Positions 16,701 through 28,150 of a stretch of 64,000 nt of DNA are shown in pieces. Below the pieces are notes generated by a model, which worked only from the letters and a program-made list of their open reading frames with translations, was not told where the DNA came from and made no database searches. The position numbers and the translations under genes were made by a program. The stretch covers positions 133,176,001 to 133,240,000 of the forward strand of contig OZ024743.1 in the NCBI GenBank assembly GCA_964016885.1, in the 5' to 3' direction. The number at the start of each line of letters is the position of its first letter. Position 1 is the stretch's first letter. Source of the DNA: Eledone cirrhosa. Taxonomy: Eukaryota.

Positions 16701-16936
16701 AAGCACTAAACAGCAAACACCAACCAGCAAACACCAAACAGCAAACACCAAACAACAAACGCCAAACAGCAAACACAAACACCAAACACCAGGCACCAAG
16801 CACCAAGAACCAAGCAGCAAACACCAAACACCAAGCACCAAGCACCAAACACCAAACACCAAGCACCAAGCACCAAACACCAAATACCAAGCACCAAGCA
16901 CTAAACACCAAACACCAAACACCAAGCACCAAGCAC
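9323..16936 (+). repeat. Apparently identical tandem duplication, period 3795 bp (2 copies; the second starts at ~13118)
   Basis: ORFs from 9364..10014 through 12642..12869 recur with the same translation at +3795 (for example 13159..13809, 13961..15520, 16311..16709). Boundaries were read by direct comparison. Confidence 0.95.
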
Positions 16937-19900
16937 TAAACACCAAACACCAAGCACCAAGCACCAAACACCAAACACCAAGCACCAAGTACCAAACTCC
17001 GAACACCAAACACCAGGCAACATGCACCAAGAACCAAGCAGCAAACACCAAACACCAAGCACCAAGCACCAAGCACCAAACACCAAACACCAAACACCAA
17101 GCACCAAGCACCAAACACCAAGCACCAAGCGCCAAAGACCAAACACCAAGCACCAAGCATGAAACACCAAGCACCAAGCACCGAGCACCAAACACCAAGT
17201 ACCAAGCACCAATCACCAAACACCAAGAACCAAGCAGCAAACACCAAACACCAAGCACCAAGCACCAAACACCAAACACCAAGCACCAAGCACCAAACAC
17301 CAAATACCAAGCACCCAGCACTAAACACCAAACACCAAGCACAAAGCACCAAGCATCATGCACCAAGCACCAAACACCAAGCACCAAGCACCAAGCACCA
17401 AGCACCAAACACAAAACACCAAGTACCAAGCACCTACCACAAAACACCAAACACCAAACACCAAGCACCAGACACCAAGCACCAAGCACTAAGCACCAAG
17501 CACCAAAAACCAAGCACCAAGCTCCAAGCACCAAACACCAAGCACCAAACACCAAACACCAAGCACCAAGCACCAATCACCAAGCACCAAGCACCAAATA
17601 CCAAGCACCAAGCAACAAGCACCAAACACCAAACACCAAACACCAAACACCAAACACCAAGCCCCAAGCACCAAACACAAAACACCAAGCACCAAGCACC
17701 AAACACCAAACACCAAGCACCAACCACCAAACACCAAATACCAAGCACCAAGCACCAGGCACCAAGCACCAAACACCAAGCACCAAGCACCAAGCACCAA
17801 ACACCAAGCACCAAACACCAAGCACCAGACACCAAGCACCAAGCACCAAACACCAAACAGCAAACACCAAACACCAAACAGCAAACACCAAACAGCAAAC
17901 ACCAAACACCAAACACCAACCAGCAAACACCAAGCACCAAGCACTAAACAGCAAACACCAAGCACCAAGCACCAAGCACCAAACACCAAGCACCAAGCAC
18001 CAAGCACCAAACACCAAGCACCAAGCACCAACCACCAAGCAGCAAGCACCAAGCACTAAGCACCAAACACCAAGCACCAAGCACCAAACACCAAACACCA
18101 AGCACCAATCACCAAACACCAAACACCAAGCACCAAGCACCAAACACCAAGCACCAAGCACCAAAGAGAAAAAAACCAAGCACCAAGCATCAAACACCAA
18201 ACACCAAACACCACACAGCAAACAGCAAACAGCAAACACCAAACAGCAAACACCAAATAGCAAACACCAAACAGCAAACACCAAACACCAAACAGCAAAC
18301 ACTAAACACCAAACACCAAGCACCAAGCACCAAGCACCAAACAACAAGCACCAAGCACCAAGCACCAAGCAACAAAAACCAAACACCAATCGCCAAACAC
18401 CAAACACCAAGCATCAAGCACCAAACACCAAACACCAAGCACCAAGCACCAAGCACCAAGCACCAAACACCAAGCACCAAGCACCAATCACCAAACACCA
18501 AACACCAGGCACCAAACACCAAACAGCAAACACCAATCACCAAACACCAAACACCAAACAGCAAACACCAATCACCAAACAACAAACACCAAACACCAAA
18601 CAGTAAACACCAAACACCAAACAGCAAACACCAAACACCAAACACCAAACAGCAAACACCAAACACCAAACACCAAACACCAAACACCAAACAAACAGCA
18701 AACAGCAAACACCAAACAGCAAACAGCAAACACCAAACACCAAACAACAAACGCCAAACAGCAAATGCCAGCCACCAGATGCCTAACAGCAAACGCCAAA
18801 CACCAAACGCCAAACATCAAACACCAAACACCAAACAGCAAACACCAAACACCAAACACCAAATAGCAAACACCAAAGAGCAAACACCAAACAACAAACA
18901 CCAAACAGCAAACACCAAACAGCAAACAGCAAACACCAAACACCAAACACCAAGCACCAAGCACCAAACACCAAGCACCAATCAACAAGCACCAATCACC
19001 AAGCACCAAGCACTAAACACCAAACACCAAGCACCAAGCACCAAGCACCAAACACCAAGCACAAAGCACCAAGCACCAAACGCCAAGCAACAACCACCAA
19101 ACACCAAGCACCAAGCACCAAGCACCAAACACCAAGCACCAAAGACCAAGCACCAAATACCAAGCACCAAGCACCAAACACCAATCACCAAGCACCAAGC
19201 ACCAAACACCAAGAACCAAGCACCAATCACTAAACACTAAACACCAAGCACCAAGCACCAAACACAAACACCAAGCACCAAGTACCAAACTCCAAACACC
19301 AAACACCAAGCACCAAGCACCAAATCCCAAGCACCAAACACCATGCACCATAAAACAAACACCAAACACCAAGCATGAAGCACCAAGCACCAAATACCAA
19401 ACACCAAACACCAAGCACCACATCAAACACCAAGCACCAAGCACCAATCGCCAAGCACCAAGCACCAAGCAACAATCACAAAGCACCAAACACCAAGCAC
19501 CAAGCACCAAGCACCAAACACCAAGCACCAAGCACCCAGCACCAAACACCAATCACCAAGCACCAAAGAGCAAACACCAAGCCCCAAGCACCAAACACCC
19601 AACACCAAACACCAAACATCAAACACCAATCACGAATCACCAAACAGCAAACAGCAAACACGAAACACCAAACACCAAGCACCAAGCACCAAACACCAAA
19701 CACCAAGCACTAAGCACCAAACACCAAATACCAAGCACCAAGCACTAAACACGAAACACCAAGCACCAAGCACCAAGCACCAAGCACCAAACACCAAGCA
19801 CCAAGCACCAAGCACCAAACACCAAGCACTAAGCACCAAACACCAAACACCAAGCACCAAACACCAAGCACCAAACACCAGACACCAAGCACCAAGCACC

Positions 19901-22900
19901 AGACACCAAGCACCAAGCACCAAACACCAAGCACCAAACACCAAGCACCAAGCACCAAACACCAAACATCAAGCACCAAGCACCAAACACCAAACACCAA
20001 GCACCAAGCACCAAGCACCAAGCACCAAGCACCAAACACAAAGCACCAAGCACCAAACAGCAAACACCAAGCACCAAACACCAAACACCAAGTACCAAGC
20101 ACCAAACACCAAACACCAAGCACCAAACACCAAGCACCAAGCCCCAAGCACCAAACACCAAGCACCAAGCACCAAACACCAAGCACCAAATACGAAACAG
20201 CATACACCAAACACCAAGCACCAAGCACCAAACAGCAAACACCAAACAGCAAACACCAAACACCAAACACCAACCGGCAAACACCAAACACCAAACACCA
20301 AACAGCAAACACCAAGCACCAAGCACCAAGCACCAAACACCAAGCACCAAACACCAAGCACCAGACACCAAGCACCAAGCACCAAACACCAAGCACCAAA
20401 CAACAAACACCAAGCACCAAGCACCAAACACCAAGCACCAAGCGCCAAACACCACACACCAAGCACCAAATACCAAGCACTAAACACCAAACACCAAGCA
20501 CCAAACACCAAGCACCAAACACCAAGCACCAGACACCAAGCACCAAGCACCAAGCACCAAGTACCAAACACCAACCACCAATCACCAAGCACCAAACACC
20601 AAGCACCAATCACCAAACACCAAGCACCAAGTGCCAAACACCAAACACCAAACACCTAGCACCAAGTACCAAGCACCAAACACCAAGCACCAAACACCAG
20701 GCACCAAGCACCAAGCACCAAACACCAAGCACCAAACACCAAGCACCAGACACCAAGCACCAAGCTCCAAGCACCAAGCACCAAAAACCAAGCACCAAGC
20801 TCCAAGCACCAAACACCAAGCACCAAACACCAAACACCAAGCACCAAGCACCAAACACCAAGCACCAAGCGCCAAACACCAAACACCAAGCACCAAGCAC
20901 CAAATACCAAGCACCAAGCATCAAGCACCAAACACCAAACACCAAACACCAAACACCAAACACCAAGCACCAAGCACCAAACACCAAAGACCAAGCACCA
21001 AGCACCAAACACCAAACACCAAGCACCAAGCACCAAACACCAAATACCAAGCACCAAACACCAAGCACCAAGCACCAAGCACCAAACACCAAGCACCAAA
21101 CACCAAGCACTAGACACCAAGCACCAAGCACCAAACACCAAGCACCAAACAACAAACACCAAGCACCAAGCACCAAACACCAAGCACCAAGCGCCAAACA
21201 CCACACACCAAGCACCAAATACCAAGCACCAAGCACCAAGCACCATACACCAAACACCAAGCACTAAGCACCAAACACCAAACAACAAGCACCAGGCACC
21301 AAGCTCCAAACACCAAACACCAAGCACCAAGCACCAAACACCAAACACCAAGCACGCAGCATCAAACACCAAACACCAAGCACCAAGCACCAAACACCAA
21401 GCACCAAACACCAAACAGCAAAAACCAAACACCAAACACCAAACAGCAAACAGCAAACACCAAACAGCAAACACCAAACAGCAAACACCAAACACCAAAC
21501 ACCAACCAGCAAATACCAAACACCAAACACCAAACGCCAAACATTAAACGCCAAACACCAAACGCCAAACAGCAAACACCAAACACCAAATGCCAACCAG
21601 CAAGCACCAAGCACCAAACACCAAGCACCAAGCACCAAACACCAAACACCAAGCACCAAGCACCAAACACCAAACACCAAGCACCAAGCACCAAGCACCA
21701 AACACCAAACACCAAACACCAAACAGCAAACACCAAACAGCAAACACCAAACAGCAAACACCAAATAGCAAACACCAAACAGCAAACAGCAAACACAAAA
21801 CACCAAACACCAAGCACCAAGCACCAAACACCAAGCACCAAGCAACAAGCACCAATCACCAAGCACCAAGCACTAAACACCAAACACCTAGGACCAAGCA
21901 CCAAGCACCAAACACCAAGCACCATGCACCAAGCAACAAACACCAAGCACCAAAGACCAAGCACCAAATACCAAGCACCAAGCACCAAACACCAATCACC
22001 AAGTACCAAGCACCAAGTCCCAAGCACCAAACACCAAGCACCAATCACCAAACACCAAACACCAAGCACCAAGCACCAAACACCATAAATCAAGCACCAA
22101 GCACCAAGCACCAAACACCAAACGCCAAACACAAAATACCAAGCACCAAGCACCAAACACCAAGCACCAAGCGCCAAAGACCAAACACCAAAAACCAAGC
22201 ACAAGACACCAAGCACCAAGCACCGAGCACCAAACACCAAGTACCAAGCACCAATCACCAAACACCAAGCACCAAGCACCAAACACCAAACACCAAGCAC
22301 CAAGCACCAAGCACCAAGCACCAAGCATCAAGCACCAAGCACCAAACACCAAGCACCAAGCACCAAGCACCAAACACAAAACAACAAGTACCAAGCACCA
22401 AACACTTAACACCAAACACCAAGCACCAAGCACCAAACACCAAACACCAAGCGCCCAAGCACCAGACACCAAGCACCAAGCACCAAGCACCAGACACTAA
22501 GCACCAAGCACCAAACACCAAGCACCAAACACCAAGCACCAAGCACCAAACACCAAACACCAAGCACCAAGCACTAAACACCAAACACCAAGCACTAAGC
22601 ACCAAGCACCAAGCACCAAGCACCAAGCACCAAGCACCAAACACAAAGCACCAAGCACCAAACAGCAAACACCAAGCACCAAACACCCAACCCCAAGCAC
22701 CAAGCACCAAGCACAAAACACCAAGCACCAAACACCAAGCACCAAGCCCCAAGCACCAAACACCAAGCACCAAGCACCAAACACCAAGCACCAAGCACCA
22801 AGCACCATACACCAAACACCAAGCACCAAGCACCAAACAGCAAACACCAAACAGCAAACACCAAACACAAAACACCAACCAGCAAACACCAAACACCAAG

Positions 22901-23716
22901 CACCAAACAGCAAACACCAAACAGCAAACACCAAACACAAAACACCAACCAGCAAACACCAAACACCAAGCACCAAACAGCAAACACCAAACAGCAAACA
23001 CCAAACACAAAACACCAAACAGCAAACACCAAACAGCAAACACCAAACAGCAAACGCCAAAAAGCAAACGCCAAACCCCAAACGCCAAACAGCAAATGCC
23101 AAAACCCAAACGCCAAACAGCAAACGCCAAGCGCCAAACACCAAACACCAAGCGCCAAGCACCAAACACCAAACACCAAGCACCAAACACCAAGTACCAA
23201 ACACCAAACACCAAGCACCAAACACCAAACAGCAAACACCAAAAAGCAAACACCAAGCCCCATACGCCAAACAGCAAATGCCAAACCCCAAACGCCAAAC
23301 AGCAAACGCCAATCACCAAACACCAAACACCAAGCGACAAGTACCAAACACCAAACACCAAGCACCAAGCACCAAACACCAAACACCAAGCACCAATCAC
23401 CAGACACCAAACACCAAGCACCAATCACCAAACACCAAGCACCAAGCGCCAAACACTAAACACCAAACACCTAGCACCAAGCACCAAGCACCAAACACCA
23501 AGCACCAAACACCAAGCACCAAGCACCAAGCACCAAACACCAAGCACCAAACACCAAGCACCAGACACCAAGCACCAAGCACCAAGCACCAAGCACCAAA
23601 AACCAAGCACCAAGCTCCAAGCACCAAACGCCAAGCACCAAACACCAAGCAGCACCAAGCACCAAACACCAAGCACCAAGCGCCAAACACCAAACACCAA
23701 GCACCAAGCACCAAAT

Positions 23717-23756
23717 ACCAAGCACCAAGCACCAAGCTTGGTGCTTGGTGCTTGGT
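23717..23756. repeat. Orientation-switch (inversion) junction; perfect 40-bp palindrome centred on AAGCTT (23734-23739)
   Basis: Sequence ACCAAGCACCAAGCACCAAG|CTTGGTGCTTGGTGCTTGGT has 20-bp arms and no spacer. The first mismatch is T23716 versus G23757. Confidence 0.97.
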
Positions 23757-24089
23757 GCTTGGTGTTTGGTGCTTGGTGCTTGGTGCTTGGTGTTTGGTGC
23801 TTGGTGCTTGGTGCTTGCTCTTTGGTGGTTGCTGTTTGGTGCTTGGTGTTTGGTGCTTGGTGCTTGGTGCTGGGTGGTTGGTGTTTGGTGCTTGGTGCTT
23901 GGTGTTTGGTGCTTGGTGCTTGGTGCTTGTTGTTTGGTGCTTGGTGCTTGGTCTTTGGTGCTTGGTGTTTGGTGTTTGGTGATTGGTGCTTGGTGCTTGG
24001 TGCTTGGTGTTTGGTGCTTGGTGCTTGGTGATTAGTGTTTGGTGCTTGGTGCTTGGGGTTTGGTGTTTTGTGCTTAGTGCTTGGTGTTT

Positions 24090-24545
24090 GGTGTTTGGTG
24101 TTTGCTGTTTGGTGTCTGCTTTTTGGTATTTGGTGTTTGCTGTATGGTGTTTGCTGTTTCGTATTTGGTGTTTGCTGTTTGGTGTTTGGTGTTTGGTGTT
24201 TGGTGCTTGGTGTTTGGTGCCTGGTGCTTGGTGTTTGGCGTTTGGTGTTTGGTGTTTGGTGCTTGGTGCCTGGTGCTTGTTGTTTGGTGTTTGGTACTTG
24301 GTGCTTGGTGTTTGGTGTTTGGTGTTTGCTGTTTGGTGTCTGCTTTTTGGTATTTGGTGTTTGCTGTATGGTGTTTGCTGTTTCGTATTTGGTGTTTGCT
24401 GTTTGGTGTTTGGTGTTTGGTGTTTGGTGCTTGGTGTTTGGTGCCTGGTGCTTGGTGCTTGGTGTTTGGTGTTTGGTGTTTGGTGCTTGGTGCCTGGTGC
24501 TTGTTGTTTGGTGTTTGGTACTTGGTGCTTGGTGTTTGGTGTTTG
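24090..24545 (-). repeat. Local 224-bp (32-unit) tandem duplication just right of the inversion
   Basis: GGTGTCTGCTTTTTGGTATTTGGTGTTTGCTGTATGG occurs at 24111 and 24335, and GGTAC recurs at the same 224-bp offset. Confidence 0.8.
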
Positions 24546-25079
24546 GTGCTTGGTGTCTGGTGTTTGGTGCTTGGTGTTTGGTGTTTGGTGCTTGGTGCTT
24601 GGTGTTGGTGTTTGGTGTTTGGTGCTTGGTGCTTGGTGTTTTGTGTTTGGTGCTTAGTGCTTGGTGTTTGGTGTTTGGTGCTTGGTGTTTGGTGTTTGGT
24701 GTTTGATGCTTGGTTTTTGCTGCTTGGTGCTTGGTGCTTGGTGCTTGGTGTTCTGTGTTTGGTGCTTGATGCTTGGTGCCTGGTGCTTGGTGCTTGGTGC
24801 TTGTTGTTTGGTGCTTGGTGCTTGGTGATTAGTGTTTGGTGCTTGGTGCTTGGTGTTTGGTGTTTGGTGTTTCGTGCTTGGTGTCTAGTGTTTGGGTTTT
24901 GGTGTTTGGTGCTTGGTGCTTGGTGTTTAGTGTTTGGTGCTTGGTGCTTGGTGTTTGGTGATTGGTGCTTGGTGTTTGGTGCTTGGTGCTTTGTGCTTGG
25001 TGTTTGGTGCTGGGTGCTTGGTGTTTGGTGCTTGGTGCTTGGTGTTTGGTGTTTGGTGCTTGGTACTTGGTGTTTGGTG

Positions 25080-28000
25080 TGTGATGCTTGGTGTTTGATG
25101 CTTGTTGCTTGGTGCTTGGTGTTTTGTGTTTGGTGTTTGGTGCTTGGTGTATGTACTTGGTGCTTGGTGCTTGGTGTTTGGTGCTTGGTTCTTGGTGTTT
25201 GGTGCTTGGTGCTTGGTGCTTGGTGTTTGGTGCTTGGTGCTTGGTGTTTGGTGCTTGGTGTTTGTTGTTTGGTGCTTGGTGTTTGGTGCTTGGTGCTTGG
25301 TGCTTGGTGTTAAGTGTTTGGTGCTTGGTGCTTGGTGTTTGGTGCTTCGTGCTTGGTGCTTGGTGTTTGGTGCATGGTGCTTGGTGTTTGGGGCTTGGTG
25401 CCTGGTGCTTTGTGTTTGGTGCTAGGTGCTTGGTGCTTGGTCTTTGGTGTTTGGTGCTTGGTGCTTGGTGTTTGGTGCTAGGTGTTTGGTGCTTGGTGTT
25501 CGGTGCTTGGTGCTTGGTGCTTGGTGCTTGGTGTTAGGTGTTTGGTGCTTGGTGCTTGGTGTTTGATGTTTGGTCCTTGGTGCTTGGTGTTTGGTGTTTG
25601 GTGCTTGGTGCTTGGTGTTTCGTGTTTGGTGCTTGCTGCTTGCTGCTTGGTGTTTGGTGCTTGGTGATTGGTGCTTGGTGTTTGGTGCTTGGTGCTTGGT
25701 GTTTGGTGTTTCGTGCTATGTGCTTGGTGCTTGGTGCTTGGTGTTTGGTGCTTGGTGCTTGGTGTTTGGTGTTTGGTGCTTGATGCTTGGGGCCTGGTGT
25801 TTGGTGCTTGGTGCTTGGTGCTTGGTGTTTGGTGCTTGGTGCTTGGTGCTTGGTGTTTGGTGTTTGGTGTTTGGTGCTTGGTGTTTTGTGCTTGGTGCTT
25901 GTTGCTGGGTGGTTGGTGTTTGGTGCTTGGTGCTTGGTGTTTGGTGCTTGGTGCTTGATGCTTATTGTTTGGTGATTGGTGCTTGGTGCTTGTTGCTTGG
26001 TGCTTGGTGTTTGGTGTTTGGTGTTTGGTGTTTGGTGCTTGGTGCTTGGTGCTTGGTGTTTGGTGCTTGGTGTTTGGTGCTTGGTGCTTGGTGCTTGGTT
26101 ATTTGTGTTTGGTGCTTGGTGCTTGGGGTTTGGTGTTTGGTGCTTGGTGTTTGGTGTTTGGTGTTTGTTGTATGGTGTTTGCTGTTTCGTGTTTGGTGTT
26201 TGCTGTTTGGTGTTTAATGCTTGGTGCTTGGTGCTTGGTGTTTGGTGCTTGGTGTTTGGTGTTTGGCGTTTGCTGTTTGCTGTTTGGTATTTGGTGCTTG
26301 CTGTTTGGTGCTTGGTGCTTGGTGCTGGTTGGTTGGTGTTTGGTGCTTGGTGTTTGGTGTTTGGTGCTTGGTGCTTGGTGCTTGTTGTTTGGTGCTTGGT
26401 GTTTGGTGTTTGGTGCTTGGTGCTTGGTGCTTGGTGTTTGGTGCTTGGTGCTTGGTGCTTGGTGTTTGGTGGTTGGTGCTTGGTGATTAGTGTTTGGTGC
26501 TTGATGCTTGGGGTTTGGTGTTTTGTGCTTAGTGCTTGGTGTTTGGTGTTTGCTGTTTGGTGTCTGCTTTTTGGTATTTGGTGTTTGCTGTTTCGTATTA
26601 GGTTTTTGCTGTTTGGTGTTTGGTGTTTGGTGTTTGTTGCTTGGTGTTTGGTGCTTGGTGCTTGGTGTTTGGCATTTGGTGCTTGGTGCTTGGTGTTTGG
26701 TGCTTGGTGCTTGGTGTTTGGTGTTTGGTGCTTGGTGTTTGGTGTTTGGTGCTTGGTACTTGGTGTTTGGTGTGTGAAGCTTGGTGATTGATGCTTGTTG
26801 CTTGGTGCTTGGTGTTTGCTGTTTGGTGTTTGGTGCTTGGTGTATGTACTTGGTGCTTGGTGCTTGGTTTTTGGTGCTTGGTTCTTGGTGTTTGGTGCTT
26901 GGTGCTTGGTGCTTGGTGTTTGGTGCTTGGTGCTTGGTGTTTGGTGCTTGGTGTTTGGTGTTTGGTGCTTGGTGTTTGGTGCTTGGTGCCTGTTGCTTGG
27001 TGTTAAGTGTTTGGTGCTTGGTGCTTGGTGTTTGGTGCTTCGTGCTTGGTGCTTGGTGTTTGGTGCATGGTGCTTGGTGTTTGGGGCTTGGTGCCTGGTG
27101 CTTTGTGTTTGGTGCTAGGTGCTTGGTGCTTGGTCTTTGGTGTTTGGTGCTTGGTGCTTGGTGTTTGGTGCTAGGTGTTTGGTGCTTGGTGTTCGGTGCT
27201 TGGTGCTTGGTGCTTGGTGCTTGGTGTTAGGTGTTTGGTGCTTGGTGCTTGGTGTTTGATGTTTGGTCCTTGGTGCTTGGTGTTTCGTGTTTGGTGCTTG
27301 CTGCTTGCTGCTTGGTGTTTGGTGCTTGGTGATTGGTGCTTGGTGCTTGGTGCTTGGTGCTTGGTGTTTGGTGCTTGGTGCTTGGTGTTTGGTGTTTGGT
27401 GCTTGGTGCTTGGGGCTTGGTGTTTGGTGCTTGGTGTTTGGTGCTTGGTGTTTGGTGCTTGGTGCTTGGTGCTTGGTGTTTGGTGTTTGGTGTTTGGTGC
27501 TTGGTGTTTTGTGCTTGGTGCTTGTTGCTGGGTGGTTGGTGTTTGGTGCTTGTTGCTTGGTGTTTGGTGCTTGGTGCTTGGTGCTTATTGTTTGGTGATT
27601 GGTGCTTGGTGCTTGGTGCTTGGTGTTTGGTGCTTGGTGCTTGGTGCTTGGTGTTTGGTGCTTGGTGCTTGGTGCTTGGTTATTAGTGTTTGGTGCTTGG
27701 TGCTTGGGGTTTGGTGTTTGGTGCTTGGTGTTTGGTGTTTGGTGTTTGCTGTATGGTGTTTGCTGTTTCGTGTTTGGTGTTTGCTGTTTGGTGTTTAATG
27801 CTTGGTGCTTGGTGCTCGGTGTTTGGTGCTTGGTGCTTGGTGTTTGGTGCTTGGTGCTTGGTGCTTGTTGTTTGGTGCTTGGTGCTTGGTCTTTGGTGCT
27901 TGGTGTTTGGTGTTTGGTGCTTGGTGCTTGGTGCTTGGTGTTTGGTGCTTGGTGCTTGGTGCTTGGTGTTTGGTGGTTGGTGCTTGGTGATTAGTGTTTG

Positions 28001-28150
28001 GTGCTTGATGCTTGGGGTTTGGTGTTTTGTGCTTAGTGCTTGGTGTTTGGTGTTTGCTGTTTGGTGTCTGCTTTTTGGTATTTGGTGTTTGCTGTAAGGT
28101 GTTTGCTGTTTCGTATTTGGTGTTTGCTGTTTGGTGTTTAGTGTTTGGTG
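25080..28150 (-). repeat. Older ~1.5-1.7 kb sub-duplication largely nested inside the 4431-bp unit
   Basis: ORFs 25088..25537 and 26781..27230 (offset 1693), 26221/27802 (1581) and 26508/28012 (1504) are similar but not identical. Confidence 0.75.

Larger units (their letters stand above)
1..23736 (+). repeat. 7-bp satellite array, C/A-rich orientation, consensus (CACCAAR)n, about 3,390 units; runs off the left edge of the window
   Basis: Continuous CACCAAA/CACCAAG units with single-base variants (CAGCAAA, CGCCAAA, CACCAAT, TACCAAG, CACTAAA, CCCCAAG). T is almost absent from the + strand and there is no non-repeat interruption. Confidence 0.99.

Noticed and set aside
18166-18180. GAGAAAAAAACC as a retro-insertion poly(A) remnant
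   Set aside because: It has only 7 As and fits two mutated units plus a 1-bp slip. There is no target-site duplication or foreign sequence.
21590-23736. Heptapeptide repeat resembling the RNA polymerase II CTD or a mucin
   Set aside because: A 7-aa period is forced by any 7-bp repeat. There is no YSPTSPS similarity and no attached domain.
23734-23739. AAGCTT as a HindIII cloning or Hi-C ligation artefact
   Set aside because: The site arises automatically from joining CCAAG to CTTGG. A filled-in Hi-C junction would read AAGCTAGCTT, and other AAGCTT sites (26777, 31208) show no rearrangement. Not fully excluded without reads.
23717-23756. Replication origin/terminus from the GC-skew flip, or an intrinsic terminator hairpin
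   Set aside because: The skew flip is fully explained by repeat orientation. There is no gene context, loop or U-tract.
23717-23756. Ancestral telomere-telomere fusion site
   Set aside because: A fusion gives G-rich then C-rich on one strand. Here the order is the reverse.
23000-24500. Fold-back chimera from MDA or a nanopore template-complement read
   Set aside because: Mirror symmetry ends after 20 bp and the variant patterns of the two arms differ.
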